Assembly: GCA_013239625.1 (NCBI GenBank)
Contig: MU053588.1
Coordinates: 3,128,799 to 3,192,798 of the forward strand
Direction: 5' to 3'
Origin: Lama guanicoe
Lineage: Eukaryota
DNA length: 64,000 nucleotides
Shown: positions 12,319 to 24,960 of the stretch, in pieces
Numbering within the stretch: position 1 is the first letter of the stretch
How the letters are laid out: each line of letters opens with the position of its first letter
The notes under the pieces: model-generated
Told to the model about the DNA's origin: nothing
Database searches by the model: none
The model's input: only the letters and a program-made list of their open reading frames with translations
Translations under genes and position numbers: made by a program

Positions 12319-12476
12319 TGTTTACAGCACGTGGTTCTCTCTGTCCTTTCTGGGTGGGAGGAGGAGCTGGTGGCCACACCCTGGGCTGGCTGGGCCCCTC
12401 CCTAGGGTTATGGACCCAGGCTGCAACTGGCACTAGCCACAATCCTCAGTCCCAGCTCTGAAGAGGCCTGGGGTGG
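12319..12476 (+). promoter_or_regulatory. LIPE: LIPE adipocyte promoter and non-coding exon B
   Basis: TGTTTAC 12319-12325, E-box CACGTG 12328-12333, GT-box near 12352, donor GG|gtgagt at 12476/12477; about 1.4 kb upstream of exon 1, as known for exon B. Confidence 0.65.
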
Positions 12477-13429
12477 GTGAGTTCACGGCTAGCTGACAGA
12501 CAGGAATAGCCACTGCCAAGCTCCAGGGCCTGGAATAAGAGACACTTTTTTCTGAAGGATCAGGGGACCATTGACTTGGGAGCCTAGCAAGGGGCTGGGT
12601 GGGCTTCAGAGGGGAAACAGAGGGCAACACCCCCACCGAAGTAGCAAGAACAGCTTGTGCAGAACTTGGTGGTGACAGGACAGGGATCCCGGAGGGAAGA
12701 TCACCAGGGACCCTGAAGTGTGGGGAGTCAGTTCTGGTCCAGGGCAACTTTTTAAAGGCCAGAGCTAGAGGCCTAGCCTCCAGGGCCCTGGAACAAGACC
12801 AGCAAAAGTAACAGCTCTGGACCCAGAGATCTGGGTCTGACTTCTGCTCTGCCGCTTTTAATGCAACCTTCAGCTCCTTACTTAACACCTCTCGGCCTCA
12901 GTTTTCCTCTCTTGAGTAATAGGAATGCTCCTAATAATAGATGAATCATGAACCGAAGCAGTCTGGGTCTCAGAGGGTTAGTGAGGACTAAATGAGCAAA
13001 CGCACAGAAAGCTCTTAGCATATGGTCTACCGCAGAGCGAGCTCAAGGTTAACAGCAGGGAGGAATATCATTTCTAGGCAAGGAGCTGGTCCTTGCAAGC
13101 TAAGCCAAGTAGATAGGCCTGAAGGCCAGGGAACCCAGCTGGGGGAAGAGTGGGACTGAGTTTAGGAGCACCCACAGAGGAAGAGGGAAGGAGTTGGAAG
13201 GGATTCCACAGCTAAACTGGAGGGACTGGGAAGGGGCAGGAGTGACTCCTCACTTATAGTAAGGCTAGAATTATGAACTCCTGGGTTCAGTAAGAAAACC
13301 GGGCTTGGGACCAGGGACCTGGAACGCCACCCAGTGAATGGGAATGGGTGGGTTGAGGGTTGAACTCTCCCAAATACTGCAGAGGGCAAGGGCCTGTGGG
13401 CAACATCTGGGGCCTGAGAAGGAGGTGAG

Positions 13430-13850
13430 ATGGGGGCCTGATCTCCTGGTCCTAAGAGAAGGGACCATCTGGGGATCCAGACTGCTCAGAACCTAGGAGT
13501 TCAGAGCTCAGAAAAATAAATGGAGACAGATGCCTGAACTTGGGTCCCTGGAAGGAGAAACAGGGCTACATAGACTCCTGGGCTGTAGGATAGATGCTGG
13601 AGCAAGGGAACAGGGACTCCTAGAGCCTAAAGAAGAGGGTTCTGGGGCCTGGACTCCTGGGTCAGGAGGGCGAGGTTTGAGGGATCAAACTCAGCTCTTG
13701 AGGGAGAAAGAGTCCAGGTACCTGGATTCGTGGGTCCCAAGGAAGGAATAGGCTTAGGCCAGAGACTCCATCCTTGGGTCTGAAGGAGGAGACTGTGGTC
13801 TGATGTGTGGGTCTGAGGGAGGAGGAGGGTAGAGCTTGGACCCCAGGGCC
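13430..13850. repeat. MSR1-like degenerate minisatellite array just upstream of LIPE exon 1
   Basis: Repeated GGACTCCTGGGTC(T/C)GAGGGAGGAGG-type units. Confidence 0.65.
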
Positions 13851-13927
13851 CAGCTGAGCAAGGGGTGATCCAGCCCTGCCTTAATGTGCCTCCCGACCTG
13901 CCTGCAGCCTCGCGGCTCACACACAGC

Positions 13928-16900
13928 ATGGACCTGCGCACAATGACACAGTCACTGGTGACCCTGGCAGAGGACAACATGGCCTTCTTCTCCAGCCAAG
14001 GCCCTGGGGAGACAGCACGGCGGCTGTCAGGCGTCTTTGCGGGTGTTCGGGAACAAGCACTGGGGCTGGAGCCGGCCCTGGGCCGCCTGCTGAGCGTGGC
14101 ACACCTCTTTGACCTGGACGCAGAGACGCCGGCCAATGGGTACCGCAGCCTGGTACACACGGCCCGCTGCTGCCTGGTGCACCTGCTGCACAAATCACGC
14201 TACGTGGCCTCCAACCGCCGCAGCATCTTCTTCCGCGCCAGCCACAACCTGGCCGAGCTCGAGGCCTACCTGGCTGCTCTCACCCAGCTCCGTGCTCTGG
14301 CCTACTACGCCCAGCACCTGCTGGCCACCAACCGGCCCGGGAGGCTCTTCTTTGAGGGCGACGAGGGGGTCACAGCCGACTTCCTGCGTGAGTACGTCAC
14401 TCTGCACAAGGGCTGTTTCTACGGCCGCTGTCTGGGCTTCCAGGTGAGCCCCCTGCCCTGTCCCTCTGGGCCCACAGTGAAGGCACCTGGTGGGCCCCAA
14501 CCTGACCCAATAGTATAGTAGAGTAATTACTATGGTCTGTGTTACTGTATTCAGCAAACAGATGCAGGAAGGGGAAGCTGTCGGGACTCAGACAGCACTT
14601 GCACAGAGGGTCTCAAATTTGTGGCCCCTTGGCCAAACCCACCATGCAGAGAGGAATCTTTAACTTGCATAGCTTCTTGCACCGGCATCCTCACTGCTCT
14701 CTATAGTCGTAAACTCAGGAGATTCATTCATTCTTCTATGTGACCTGTGTCTAGCCCTTGAATTCATTTGAGAACCTCTAGGAGGACAGCCAGTATTGTT
14801 TTGTTCTTAAGGCCTGTTTGTAAGAACATGCCCCATTTAGTCATCCCCACAGAAGGCCTGGCAGGCAGAGAAGAAGGGTGCTAGCCCCATTTTACAGAGG
14901 TTTAAGGGGAGGGGGCACCTGGCTGCTCACCTGGACCCAGGCCAGCCTGGGCAAATCAATTCAACTAAAGTATTGCAGAATTCAGACTTTCAGGCTGAGG
15001 GAGAGCCAGGGAACATATCCAAGTTAGTGACAGGGAGGAAGACGTGGTTGTGGCCCCTCTCCTCCATGAACCAGGGCCCTGACCCCCAGCTGCAGGCCTT
15101 CTCTCCTCTGCCCACCCCAGACCACCCTCAGGGAGACACAGCTCAGATCAGCACTGAGAAGAGGCCTTCAGACTCACAGGAAAAGTAGTTTGAGGACCCA
15201 GAGAATTTGGGGGCCCTTGGGGCACCCGGCTCAGAGCCAAGGTTCACCTTGCCCCTGTCTGGGGTCAGTGTTGGGTCCACCAGACGCCAGACACATCTGG
15301 GAACCGCAGCAGGAGCATCTGGAGCTGTGTGACCCTATATCCCTTCAGGCCCTCTCTGGGCCTCTGCCCACCTCAGTGACACCTGAGCTGGGCAGTCTCT
15401 CAGACTCCATCCCACCTCAATTTTCTCTGCTTTCTTGCGGAGCAGTCTGTCCTCACCAACCCAGCCTGTGTGTTCCTGGGAACTTCCCTTCACCTAAGCT
15501 GAATCCACAAATATTGATCAGCTGAGCTGGGCCAGCCTGCTCCTCCCTGCGTTCTGGCCGTGCCTTGGAAGCTCAAGAGTGAGATCCTGGGGCCACCCAA
15601 GCCAGCATGCCAGCCCCAAGGGCCAGCACCACTGTGCTCTCTGGCCCACTGGGCCCCCGGCCAGGGGCAGGGCCATGCCTGACAGCTATTCTCTGAGGGC
15701 CCAGCTATGCCATGTTGCAGGACAGCCTCCCCCCGTAAAATGTCAGCCCCAGAGGACAGAGGCTTCTGTCTAGGTCTTGCTCAGCTCCTGCTCCAACCCA
15801 GTGCCTAGCCTGCAGTAGGACCTAGGCCAGTATTTGTTGAACAGAAGAACCCCGCTGGCCCCTTGCCCAGCCTCCTGTGGCTTTTTTTCTCTGATCTGGT
15901 CTCACTATTGTCTTTTCTTAGCTGCCTGACTCCTCTCTCAGATGCTGGGTCTCCCCACCATTTGACTATCTTTCTGCCTCAAGATCTCTGGCCCTGTCTC
16001 CGACCATCCCATTTCTGTTTTCCTACCACCCCTTAATTGGCCCCCACTTCCTGCCTCACCTCATCTCTGTCCTCGCTGAGTGTCAGGAACCCCTGCATCA
16101 TCCTTCTCCCAGCTCACACCCTCTGTGACTCCATCCACATCTAGAATAAATCCAAATCCTCAGGCCTCACATGAGCCCCTTTGCTTCTCTGACCTCACCC
16201 TTTGCCCCTCTCCGCTGGCTCACTCTGCTCCAGCCATGCGTCATCCACACCGAGCACAGACCCACCTCAGAGCCTTTGCAGGTGTTGTGCCCTCTACAGG
16301 GAACAGCCTTCCCTCCCTTCATTCCGATCCCTCCTAAAGCTCCCCCGGAGAACCATGTCATCACTCTGTCCCCTCCATCTACCATCTTTTCAAACATTCA
16401 TCATTCCTTGACATTACATGGCACGTCTTTATTTGAGTATTGTCTGTCTTTTTGACATCAGCTCGATGAAGGTGCCTAAAACAGTGCCTGGCACACAGTG
16501 GGAATTCACTAATCGTTTGCTGAAGGACCACATCTCCCCCCCAACCTCATGCCGCTGCCCCTCACTCCTGCCTGCTGCCCCTGGTCCCTGACTTGGCGGC
16601 ATCTCTCCACAGTTCACACCCGCCATCCGGCCATTCCTGCAGACCATCTCCATCGGGCTGGTGTCCTTCGGGGAGCACTACAAACGCAATGAAACGGGCC
16701 TCGGTGAGTCCCTGCAGGGCCCTGCCAGCAGCCTCCCCTCCTCTCCTGCCCCTACTCTGCACCACTGCCCCAGCAAGGCTGCCAGGAGCTCCCTGACACC
16801 CTTCTTGATCCTTAGGTGTGACAGCCAGCTCCCTCTTCACCAGCGGCCGCTTTGCCATTGACCCAGAGCTGCGTGGGGCTGAGTTTGAGCGGATCATACA

Positions 16901-19900
16901 GAACCTGGATGTGCACTTCTGGAAAGCCTTCTGGAATATCACTGAGATCGAGGTGCTATCGGTGAGCGTGGAGTGCATTGAGGGCTCCAACCTGGTACAA
17001 GATGGGGATACTGAGGCCCAGAGACACATCTCAGGCCTCTGCAGTGTTCCAGGCCCAGGGACAGCACAGGAGGGAAAAGACTGGAGTTCCGAGGGATGGC
17101 ATGAGGGGAACCCCTGCCAGCAGCTCCTCCCAGCACCCTTTCTGTTCCCTCCCACCAGTCTCTAGCAAACATGGCATCAGCCACCGTGAGGGTAAGCCGC
17201 CTGCTCAGCCTGCCCCCCAAGGCCTTTGAAATGCCGCTGACTGCTGACCCCAAGCTCATGGTCACCATCTCACCCCCACTGGCCCACACAGGCCCCGGGC
17301 CCGTCCTCGTCAGGCTCATCTCCTATGACCTGCGTGAAGGACAGGTAGGGCCCCTGCCCCAGCCAGAACAAGTACAGAGCTGAGGGCATGGAGGCACCTT
17401 CCCCACATGTCCGCCTGCCTCACTGCTCACACCTGCCCCGCTTCCTGTGTGTCTGCCGCCCGCACCTCACCCACCTCCTCCTTCCTCATCCCCAGGACAG
17501 TGAGGAGCTCAGCAGCCTGGTGAGGTCCGAGGGCCCCAGGAGCCTGGAGCTGCGGCCACGCCCCCAGCAAGCACCCCGCTCAAGGTCCCTGGTAGTGCAC
17601 ATCCACGGCGGCGGCTTCGTGGCCCAGACCTCCAAATCCCATGAGCCTTACCTCAAGAGCTGGGCCCAGGAGCTGGGGACTCCCATCCTCTCCATCGACT
17701 ACTCCCTGGCCCCCGAGGCCCCCTTCCCCCGTGCGCTGGAGGAGTGCTTCTACGCCTACTGCTGGGCCGTCAAGCACTGTGCCCTCCTCGGTGAGCCCAC
17801 ACCCCTCACTGCTACCTGCTCCCTGGTCCTACCCCAGCCTGCTTCAGCCGCCACCCTGTCGTGTAGGAGGAACGAGCCAACTAGTTGCTCAAGCCTCAGG
17901 CCTGCACAGCCTGCCTCCCCTTCCATTTCCTAACACCGAGCCCTCTGCTACACGTTCACCCCTGCTTGTCCCCCACCCACACCTCCATCCTGCCTCCATC
18001 CTTCCTCCATGCTGCCCACAGTGCCCCAGTGCTCCCCCCTTCCATCTCAACCAGTTCTTCCTCCTGCCTCCTGCTCCCCGACTCCAGCCCTGACACTCCA
18101 TCCCCCGACCTCCCCATGTCCTCTGACCTTTTCTTCCCTCCTCCCGTTTCTCTACCCACTGTTGTCCTGCACTGCCAGCCACCTGGCCTTGCTCCAGCCT
18201 TTTCTTCCAGCCTCTCTGACTTCCCTCTTCCAACATTTTGGGAGGCACAGAGCAGGATGAGGCCATGCCTCAGGGCACAGAGCACGTGGCCCTTCCATTG
18301 CTGTCAGCCTGAACCCTGGCTTCCATCTTCTGGCCTCAATGCTTCTCCCTCCTGAAATGGGCCCTTGGCCTCCCCTCCCCTGCCTCCCATCCTCCTTGCT
18401 TCTGATCTCCAGCCTCCCAAGCTTCCCCAGAGCTTCCTGATCTCCAGGGCTCTCAATGTCCTAAGCCTGCCCAATCCTCTGACCACTAAACCTCAAATGG
18501 GTCCAAATCTCTGCCTCAGTTTACCAGTCTTTAAAATTGCAGTTGGCTAGACCCTGGGATTGGGCCCCTCACACCCAACCTCTGAGAACCCAGTGCTTCT
18601 GATGCAAAGCTCCAGTTCCTCCCTGCCAGGCTTGACCGAGCCCCCATCCAAACCAGGCTCAACAGGTGAGCGGATATGCCTCGCAGGAGACAGTGCTGGC
18701 GGAAACCTCTGCTTCACTGTGTCCCTTCGGGCAGCCGCCTATGGAGTACGGGTCCCAGATGGCATCATGGCAGCCTACCCAGCCACAATGCTGCAGTCTG
18801 CCGCCTCTCCCTCCCGCCTCCTAAGCCTCATGGACCCCCTGCTGCCCCTCAGCGTGCTCTCCAAGTGTGTCAGCGCCTATGCTGGTTAGTCCCACACCCA
18901 CAAACCTGGGGGCGTGGGGGTGCTTGGATGCCTGGGTCTTTCGGGGACAAGGGCTAGAGACCAGTGGTCTCCTTGAGTATGAAGGAGTCATCTTCTTGTT
19001 CCTACTGAAGCAATCAGAGGTCCTTAGGTCCCTGGGGACACAGATGCCTAAGGTTCTGGATGTTGAGACTGGACCCAGAAAGGGAAAAGACCAACTCAGC
19101 CCCCCACATACACTGACAGGTGGGGAGACAGAGGACCACTCCGACTCAGACCAGAAGGCACTGGGCATGATGGGGCTGGTGCGGCGGGACACAGCCCTGC
19201 TCTTCCGAGACCTCCGCCTGGGCGCCTCTTCATGGCTTAACTCCTTCCTGGAGCTGAGCGGGCACAAGTCCCACCCAAACTCGGTGCCCGTGGCAGGTGA
19301 GTGAAGCCCTTTCCTCACACGCCCATCCGCGGTGACCAGGAGGGGCAGCCTGATACCTCAAAAGCCCTGGGGAAAGAGAAGCGCTGGGCCCTGGAACCTC
19401 AGGGAAGCAGAGAGCACCCTCTTGGCTTTGCCCCATATCTGTTCCAGGTCCCTACCACAAAGCCCTGATTTTCCACAATAAGCCACATCCTAGACATTCT
19501 AGGACTTCTGGTCCCCTGGGTCAGCTCAGAATCCCAGGAACTATAAGATTCAGCTTTCCAAACAGCCTCTCCCAGAAAGGCACCCTGGGAAGTGACTCAG
19601 GGCCTACCACATGTCCTGATTTTCAGTCTCAATAATGCCATTAAAACCTTTGGTCCCTCAGATGGGAGCCCAGCCCTCCCATATTCTTCCCACACTTTTA
19701 ACTGAGGAAATGGGAAATAACTCCTGCAGGGGCTGGCCTAGGAGCCTAGGATGGGAGCTCAGAAGACTGGACAGACCCCAGAAGTGGAGGAGATTCCCAG
19801 CCCTGAGTGAGAGGGAGAACCCTCAGGCAGCCAATCATCACTTTCTATCCGGGGATCTATTTTTATCCCCACTGTTTTCTAATATTTTAAGGATTTTTAA

Positions 19901-22420
19901 AGCACAGCCAACTCATTTCATGTCTCTAGCAAATCAACAGTATTTTCTGGGTAATAGGAACTGCACATTCAAAAGTAAATAGAGTTCCTATTATTCAGAA
20001 AATTATTCCAATTGAGTGTGTTTTAAATTCAGTTTTTAATTTTTGGATATTCAAATGGATGCAAATAAATACACCCCAAAACAATTAAAAGGGATTTGAA
20101 TTTTAGGCACGTGGACCATTGGGCACTGGGGGTTTCCCTGTAGGAGAAAGGTGACAGGAGCAGACCCTGGAGGCACACACGCCAGTCTAGCTCCCTACTG
20201 TACCAGGTACTGGCTGGTTGCTGGCTGATGCGGTCAATTCCCGGTATCTGTGAGCGTTGCTTTGCTCCTCTGTGAAATAGGTACAATAAGAATCCCTGCC
20301 TCATAAGGTTGTTTTAAGGACTGCACACACCTGTTTGTGCTAAGCACCCAGCACAATACCTGGCACACAGTAGGTGCTCTTAGGAGATGCCAGCCCCCTG
20401 ACTGGCTATGCCCTGTGATTTTAACTAACAGTTCTGTTCCAGGCACCCTCTGGGGCACAGAGCACCTGTGCAGCTATTCTCATATTGTCTTGCATTTTGC
20501 CTTCATGGATTTATAAAGACAAGTGAAAAACACTGAAAAATGTAAGGTCCTGGCTCTAGTAGTAAGCAGCATGGGTCTGATAAAAATGGTGGTGAGGCAG
20601 GCTGAAAGCACATCTTTAGTATCATTTGTGCACTTGCTTGTCTGGTCTTTCAAAGGAAAGGGAAAAACTGAAGAACACAAAGGAACTTTTAGGAGCAGAT
20701 CTATCTCCAGGTGTGGGACCTCTGGGAATCTGACATGTCCTCAAGAATCTTTTTTGCTCCCTATGAACAGAGCCTCCTTTCAAGCCATGTGGGCCTGCTC
20801 ACTACTTTACTTTGATCCATTCACATCCTCTCTCAAGCAGCCATAAAAAGTTGACTGGGCCTCGTGCTGGGGCCAGGGAGGCGCCTGGTAATAAAACATT
20901 AATGCTGATATATTATGACCTCCCTGGGGTAGTAGTACCTAAACCCAAATCTTATTCTGAGTCCTCCCCACCTCCTATGAGGTAAGTACTATTTTATCCC
21001 CTGTGTACACAAGAGGAAACAGGCTCCCAGAGGTAAAGTGACTTGCACTTAACCTTGCCAGTCACCACACATATCCCTCCATTAGGACACAACTCCACCT
21101 CCAAGACATGTGACTCCTTCCACCTCCCCCTTGGAGTTGCAGCCTGGAACATGCATCCCCAGGAAAGGAGTCTGGGGGAACAATCTAGGCCTCCACAGCC
21201 CTAGGATGCAACTCCTCCACTGGCCACTGCTCTTCCCATGACCTTCCCTGACAGCCAACCACATACCCAAACACCAGAGCCAGGCTCTTCTGTGCCCTGG
21301 ATGCCCCCTGACCCTGCTTCTCTGGCAGAACCAATGCGGCGCAGTGTGTCTGAAGCAGCACTGGCCCAGCCTGAGGGCCTACTGGGAATGGACTCTCTCA
21401 AGAGCCTGACGTTGCATGACCTGAGCCTAAGGGGCAGCTCTGAGACAGCGGACACCCCAGAGCTGTCACTGTCAGCGGAGACACTTGGCCCCTCCACACC
21501 CTCAGCCGTCAACTTCTTACTTGGGCCTGAGGATGCACCTGAAGAGGCTGAGGCCAGAGATGAGCCCAGAGAGCTGAGTACCAAGGACAGAGTCTGCAGT
21601 GTAGGCTCTGCCTTCCCTGAGGGTTTCCACCCAAGGCGCTCCAGCCAGGGCTCCATTCGGATGCCCCTCTACTCGTTGCCCATTGTCAAGAATCCCTTCA
21701 TGTCACCGCTGCTGGCACCTGACAGCATGCTGCAGACCCTCCCACCCGTGCACATCGTGGTGAGTGTCAGACAGGGAAGGTGTACCTGGCAAGGAGCGGG
21801 GAGGGCGGGGTGCTGGTGCACCTGGGGAACGGAGCTCCCAGAGCAGAGCAGGGCAAGAGGGAGAAAGCCCAACTGAAGGGGGAGGTGTGCCACTAGCAGG
21901 GGATGCCTGGCAACAGTGGATTAAGGGAGTCAGAGCTGCCGTTTTGTTTTGCAGTCTTGTTGAGTACCAAGGGTCAGTGACGCGCCGCTGGGCTTGGACA
22001 GTCGGGGAAGGGGTAAAGAGGGGGAGGTCTCTGGGGGAAGGGAGAAGCTAGGCAGAGGCCAAACTCATTGCCCAACTCTCTCCCCTTCCCACCTCCGTGT
22101 CTCCTGCCTTTATCCATCCCTATGTCCACATATTTCTCCCTCCCTGCGTTCATTTACCCTGCCCCTGGTGCCCCATCCCCCGCCGCCCGCAGGCGTGCGC
22201 GTTGGACCCCATGTTGGACGACTCGGTCATGTTCGCGCGCCGGCTGCGCAGCCTGGGCCAGCCCGTGACGCTGCACGTGGTGGAGGACCTGCCGCACGGC
22301 TTCCTGAGCTTGGCGGCGCTGTGCCGGGAGACGCGGCAGGCCGCGGCCCTCTGCGTGGAGCGCATCCGCCTGGTCCTCAATCCGCCGGGCCCCTCTGCGC
22401 CCACCACGCCGCCGGTCTGA
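13928..22420 (+). CDS. LIPE: Hormone-sensitive lipase, adipocyte form, 765 aa; exons 13928-14443 (acceptor 13908), 16613-16703, 16816-16961, 17159-17344, 17496-17790, 18657-18884, 19120-19296, 21329-21759, 22193-22420
   Basis: [17 protein letters not shown] start; HGGGF; GDSAG nucleophile (Ser codon 18692-18694); PKA/AMPK motifs RRSVSE and [14 protein letters not shown] and LPHGF; all introns GT-AG with consistent phases; TGA 22418-22420. Confidence 0.98.
14604..14780. mobile_element. hAT-Charlie-like non-autonomous DNA transposon (MITE)
   Basis: Terminal inverted repeats CAGAGGGTCTCAAA ... TTTGAGAACCTCTA (12/14 match). Confidence 0.5.
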
Positions 22421-22835
22421 GCCACGGGACCGAGCTGGGCCACGCGGGGAGAGGGAGGGTGCGGGGGGCGACACTAAAGGCCTCTTGTACCCATCTGCAC
22501 AGGGCTCCGTGGTCCATGCGCCTCGGGAAGGGTGGCGGGGACCCCAGCCAGGGGCTCCTGGCCCATGCCGCCCCTCCCTTGGGCCGGCCGGGGGTGGGGG
22601 ATAAGCTGTGCCTTAAGTCGAGGGTACGGCAGGGTGGGGGGCGTCCCCCCATCCCGAAAGCTAAAACCTTGGATTGGGAGAGGGGGGCGCGCACAAACCA
22701 GTCTCCGAGACAGCTGGACCTGCACTCCACCACTGCCTTACGTTGCTGCGACCGCCGCCGGGGCGGGGCCTGGCCCTACCTAGCAGGTCGGTTTGATTTC
22801 GGTTTTTTTCTTTGTTGGTTTTCTTTTTTTTTGTA

Positions 22836-22841
22836 AATAAA
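22836..22841 (+). terminator. LIPE: LIPE polyadenylation signal AATAAA
   Basis: Canonical hexamer about 415 nt after the stop, with an upstream U-rich tract and TGTA. Confidence 0.85.
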
Positions 22842-22885
22842 ACTATTTAATTAGTTTGGCCTCTTGAAAATAGGGTGGGAGGGTT

Positions 22886-22903
22886 CGCCCACTAGGGGGC
22901 AGC
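22886..22903 (+). promoter_or_regulatory. CTCF-like motif
   Basis: CGCCCACTAGGGGGCAGC matches the CCACYAGRGGGCRS core. Confidence 0.6.
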
Positions 22904-24907
22904 GTCGAAAACCGAGAAACCTATCACTGGACAGCAGAAGGCTTTAGGAACAACGTCTGGGTACTGAGGAAGGAAGGGTCTGTGGATCTGGATTCTTAAG
23001 TGTGGAAGGCCAGGATCCCCCCGCACTAACACAGACCCATCTGCCCCTCAGACTGAATCCAGGTAGACTGCCAGTGGACCCTGGCTTCTCAGCGACTCTC
23101 CTCTACAAACCCAGCCATAGCACCCACCAGGAAAACAAAGCCCCAACTCCCTAGAGAATTGAAGCAAAGCTAACAGGAAACCAGAAACAAATTGGTCACC
23201 CAAAAATACTGGAACCCAAGCTCTGCCCAGCTGTGACAGTCACTCAGACCCTCATCCTTTGCAGGCCTTGGGTATGGAGCAGAGATTTCTATCCAGGCTA
23301 GGTTTCAAGGAGTCTCTGACCCTGGACTCAGGGAGGATGTAGGGAGAGACTTAGACACAGGTTGTCACAGTCTCTATGGGCTTCATCTGTGGTAGTCAGG
23401 GAAGGCTTCACAGAGGAGGTGATCCAAGGATGAGTACAAGTTTGCTAAGCAGAGGAAACATGCAAGATAGAGCCAACGCGCAGAGGTCAAGGCTTCTGCC
23501 TAGTCAGAAGTTCAGGTGCAAAATGGGGAGTGGTCTGAGGGGCCTGGAGTAGTCAACAGCAGAACCTGAAGGGTCTTGGGTGCAATTTGGATTATAAATG
23601 AAAGGCAGTGGGAGCCACTGAAGGGCTTTGAGCAGGGGAGGGACAGGATCAGCTTGGGCACTGAAAGAGCCTACTGGGAAACTGGGCATTGGACTGAAAA
23701 GGACAAGACTAGAGCCCTGGAAGCAAAAGAGGAGGCTGTGGACAGGTGTCAGCCGATGTGGGCTGATGTGGGGGTCTAGAAGGTGAGCGGCCCAAATGAA
23801 AAAATGCACGAGGAGTTGCCATCCTCCGAACAGACTTCAGCAGGAGACACCATGGGGTTAACAACACTTTATTCTATTGCCACAGGGTGGTGCCCATGCC
23901 TGTGATGCACCTGTCCTGCTTTTTTTTAACCTGTTCTCTGCCAGCACATGCGCAATGTGAATTTCTTTGTTCATTAGGCTTACAGAATATCTCTAGCACA
24001 TACGTACTTCTATTTTCTTTGTTATAAATCTTATATAATTAACACATGTGTACAGCCATTATTTACTGCATACTACAAACATGCTCTGATCGTGGCCTTG
24101 GGTCCCACGGCCTTAACTCATCTCAAGGCCAGCTCACAACAGGGAAGACAAGCCCTGAGCTGGGGCAGAAGCCATGAAGGTAGGGAGTAGAAGGAGGGGT
24201 GGGGCAGTTCCCAGAGCCATAACTGAGGTTGGATAAATAGACTTATTGAGGGTGGAGCAGAGGTTACAGGAAAGCAAGGGAAGGAAGAAGACACCCAAGG
24301 CTGGACAGGTGGACATTGAGATTCTTTACTGGGAGGAGGCTCAGGGGTGTGAGAGGGGCTGGGAGGTGCTGAGGGTTGTTTCTCACACAGATCAAAAGAT
24401 TTTCATGAGACAATTCGAGTGGGGAAGAGGGGGAGGGAATCCAGGAGACAGGAGGGGTCAGAAGAGTAGGCTGGATGCTCACTTTTGGCTGCAGCTGAGG
24501 GACTAACTCTCCAGGAAGAGTGGGAAGGTGGGATGAGCAGAGGGCCAGGACAGAGGACCATGGCTCCCAGTAAAAGAGTAGGCAGTGAAAGGTGAGTCCT
24601 GGAGGATTTTAAGGAGTAGTTGGAGAGGGAAGAAGCTAACTAGGAAAGAAGAGGATGTAAAGCAAACAGGTTTCAGGTGGGAGGAAGTGGTCTGTGGCAG
24701 ATGAAGACTGATATATTATCCGCAGGCTCAGCAATGAGCCAGTGAGTCCTCACTGATCTTGTGCAGAACCATTGCAGGGCCATGGGAGGTGGGCAGCCAG
24801 ATGTGGAGGGCTGAGGAGGGGATAGAAGGTAAGGGATTGAGCCAGTGGGTACCACAAGTACCTAGCCATAAAAGGGATGAAAGAGAATTCATAGAAGCTT
24901 GATAGAG

Positions 24908-24928
24908 GGTGTGTGAGGGTGTGTGTGA

Positions 24929-24959
<31 letters not shown>

Positions 24960-24960
24960 T
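24908..24960. repeat. (GT)n microsatellite, imperfect 5' part
   Basis: Pure (GT)14 at 24933-24960. Confidence 0.95.

Noticed and set aside
22632..22656. G/C hairpin and G-runs in the LIPE 3'UTR
   Set aside because: Expected by chance in very GC-rich sequence; no further support
21994..22836. 280-aa plus-strand ORF over the last LIPE exon
   Set aside because: Non-ATG start, alternative frame of GC-rich sequence, no recognisable domain
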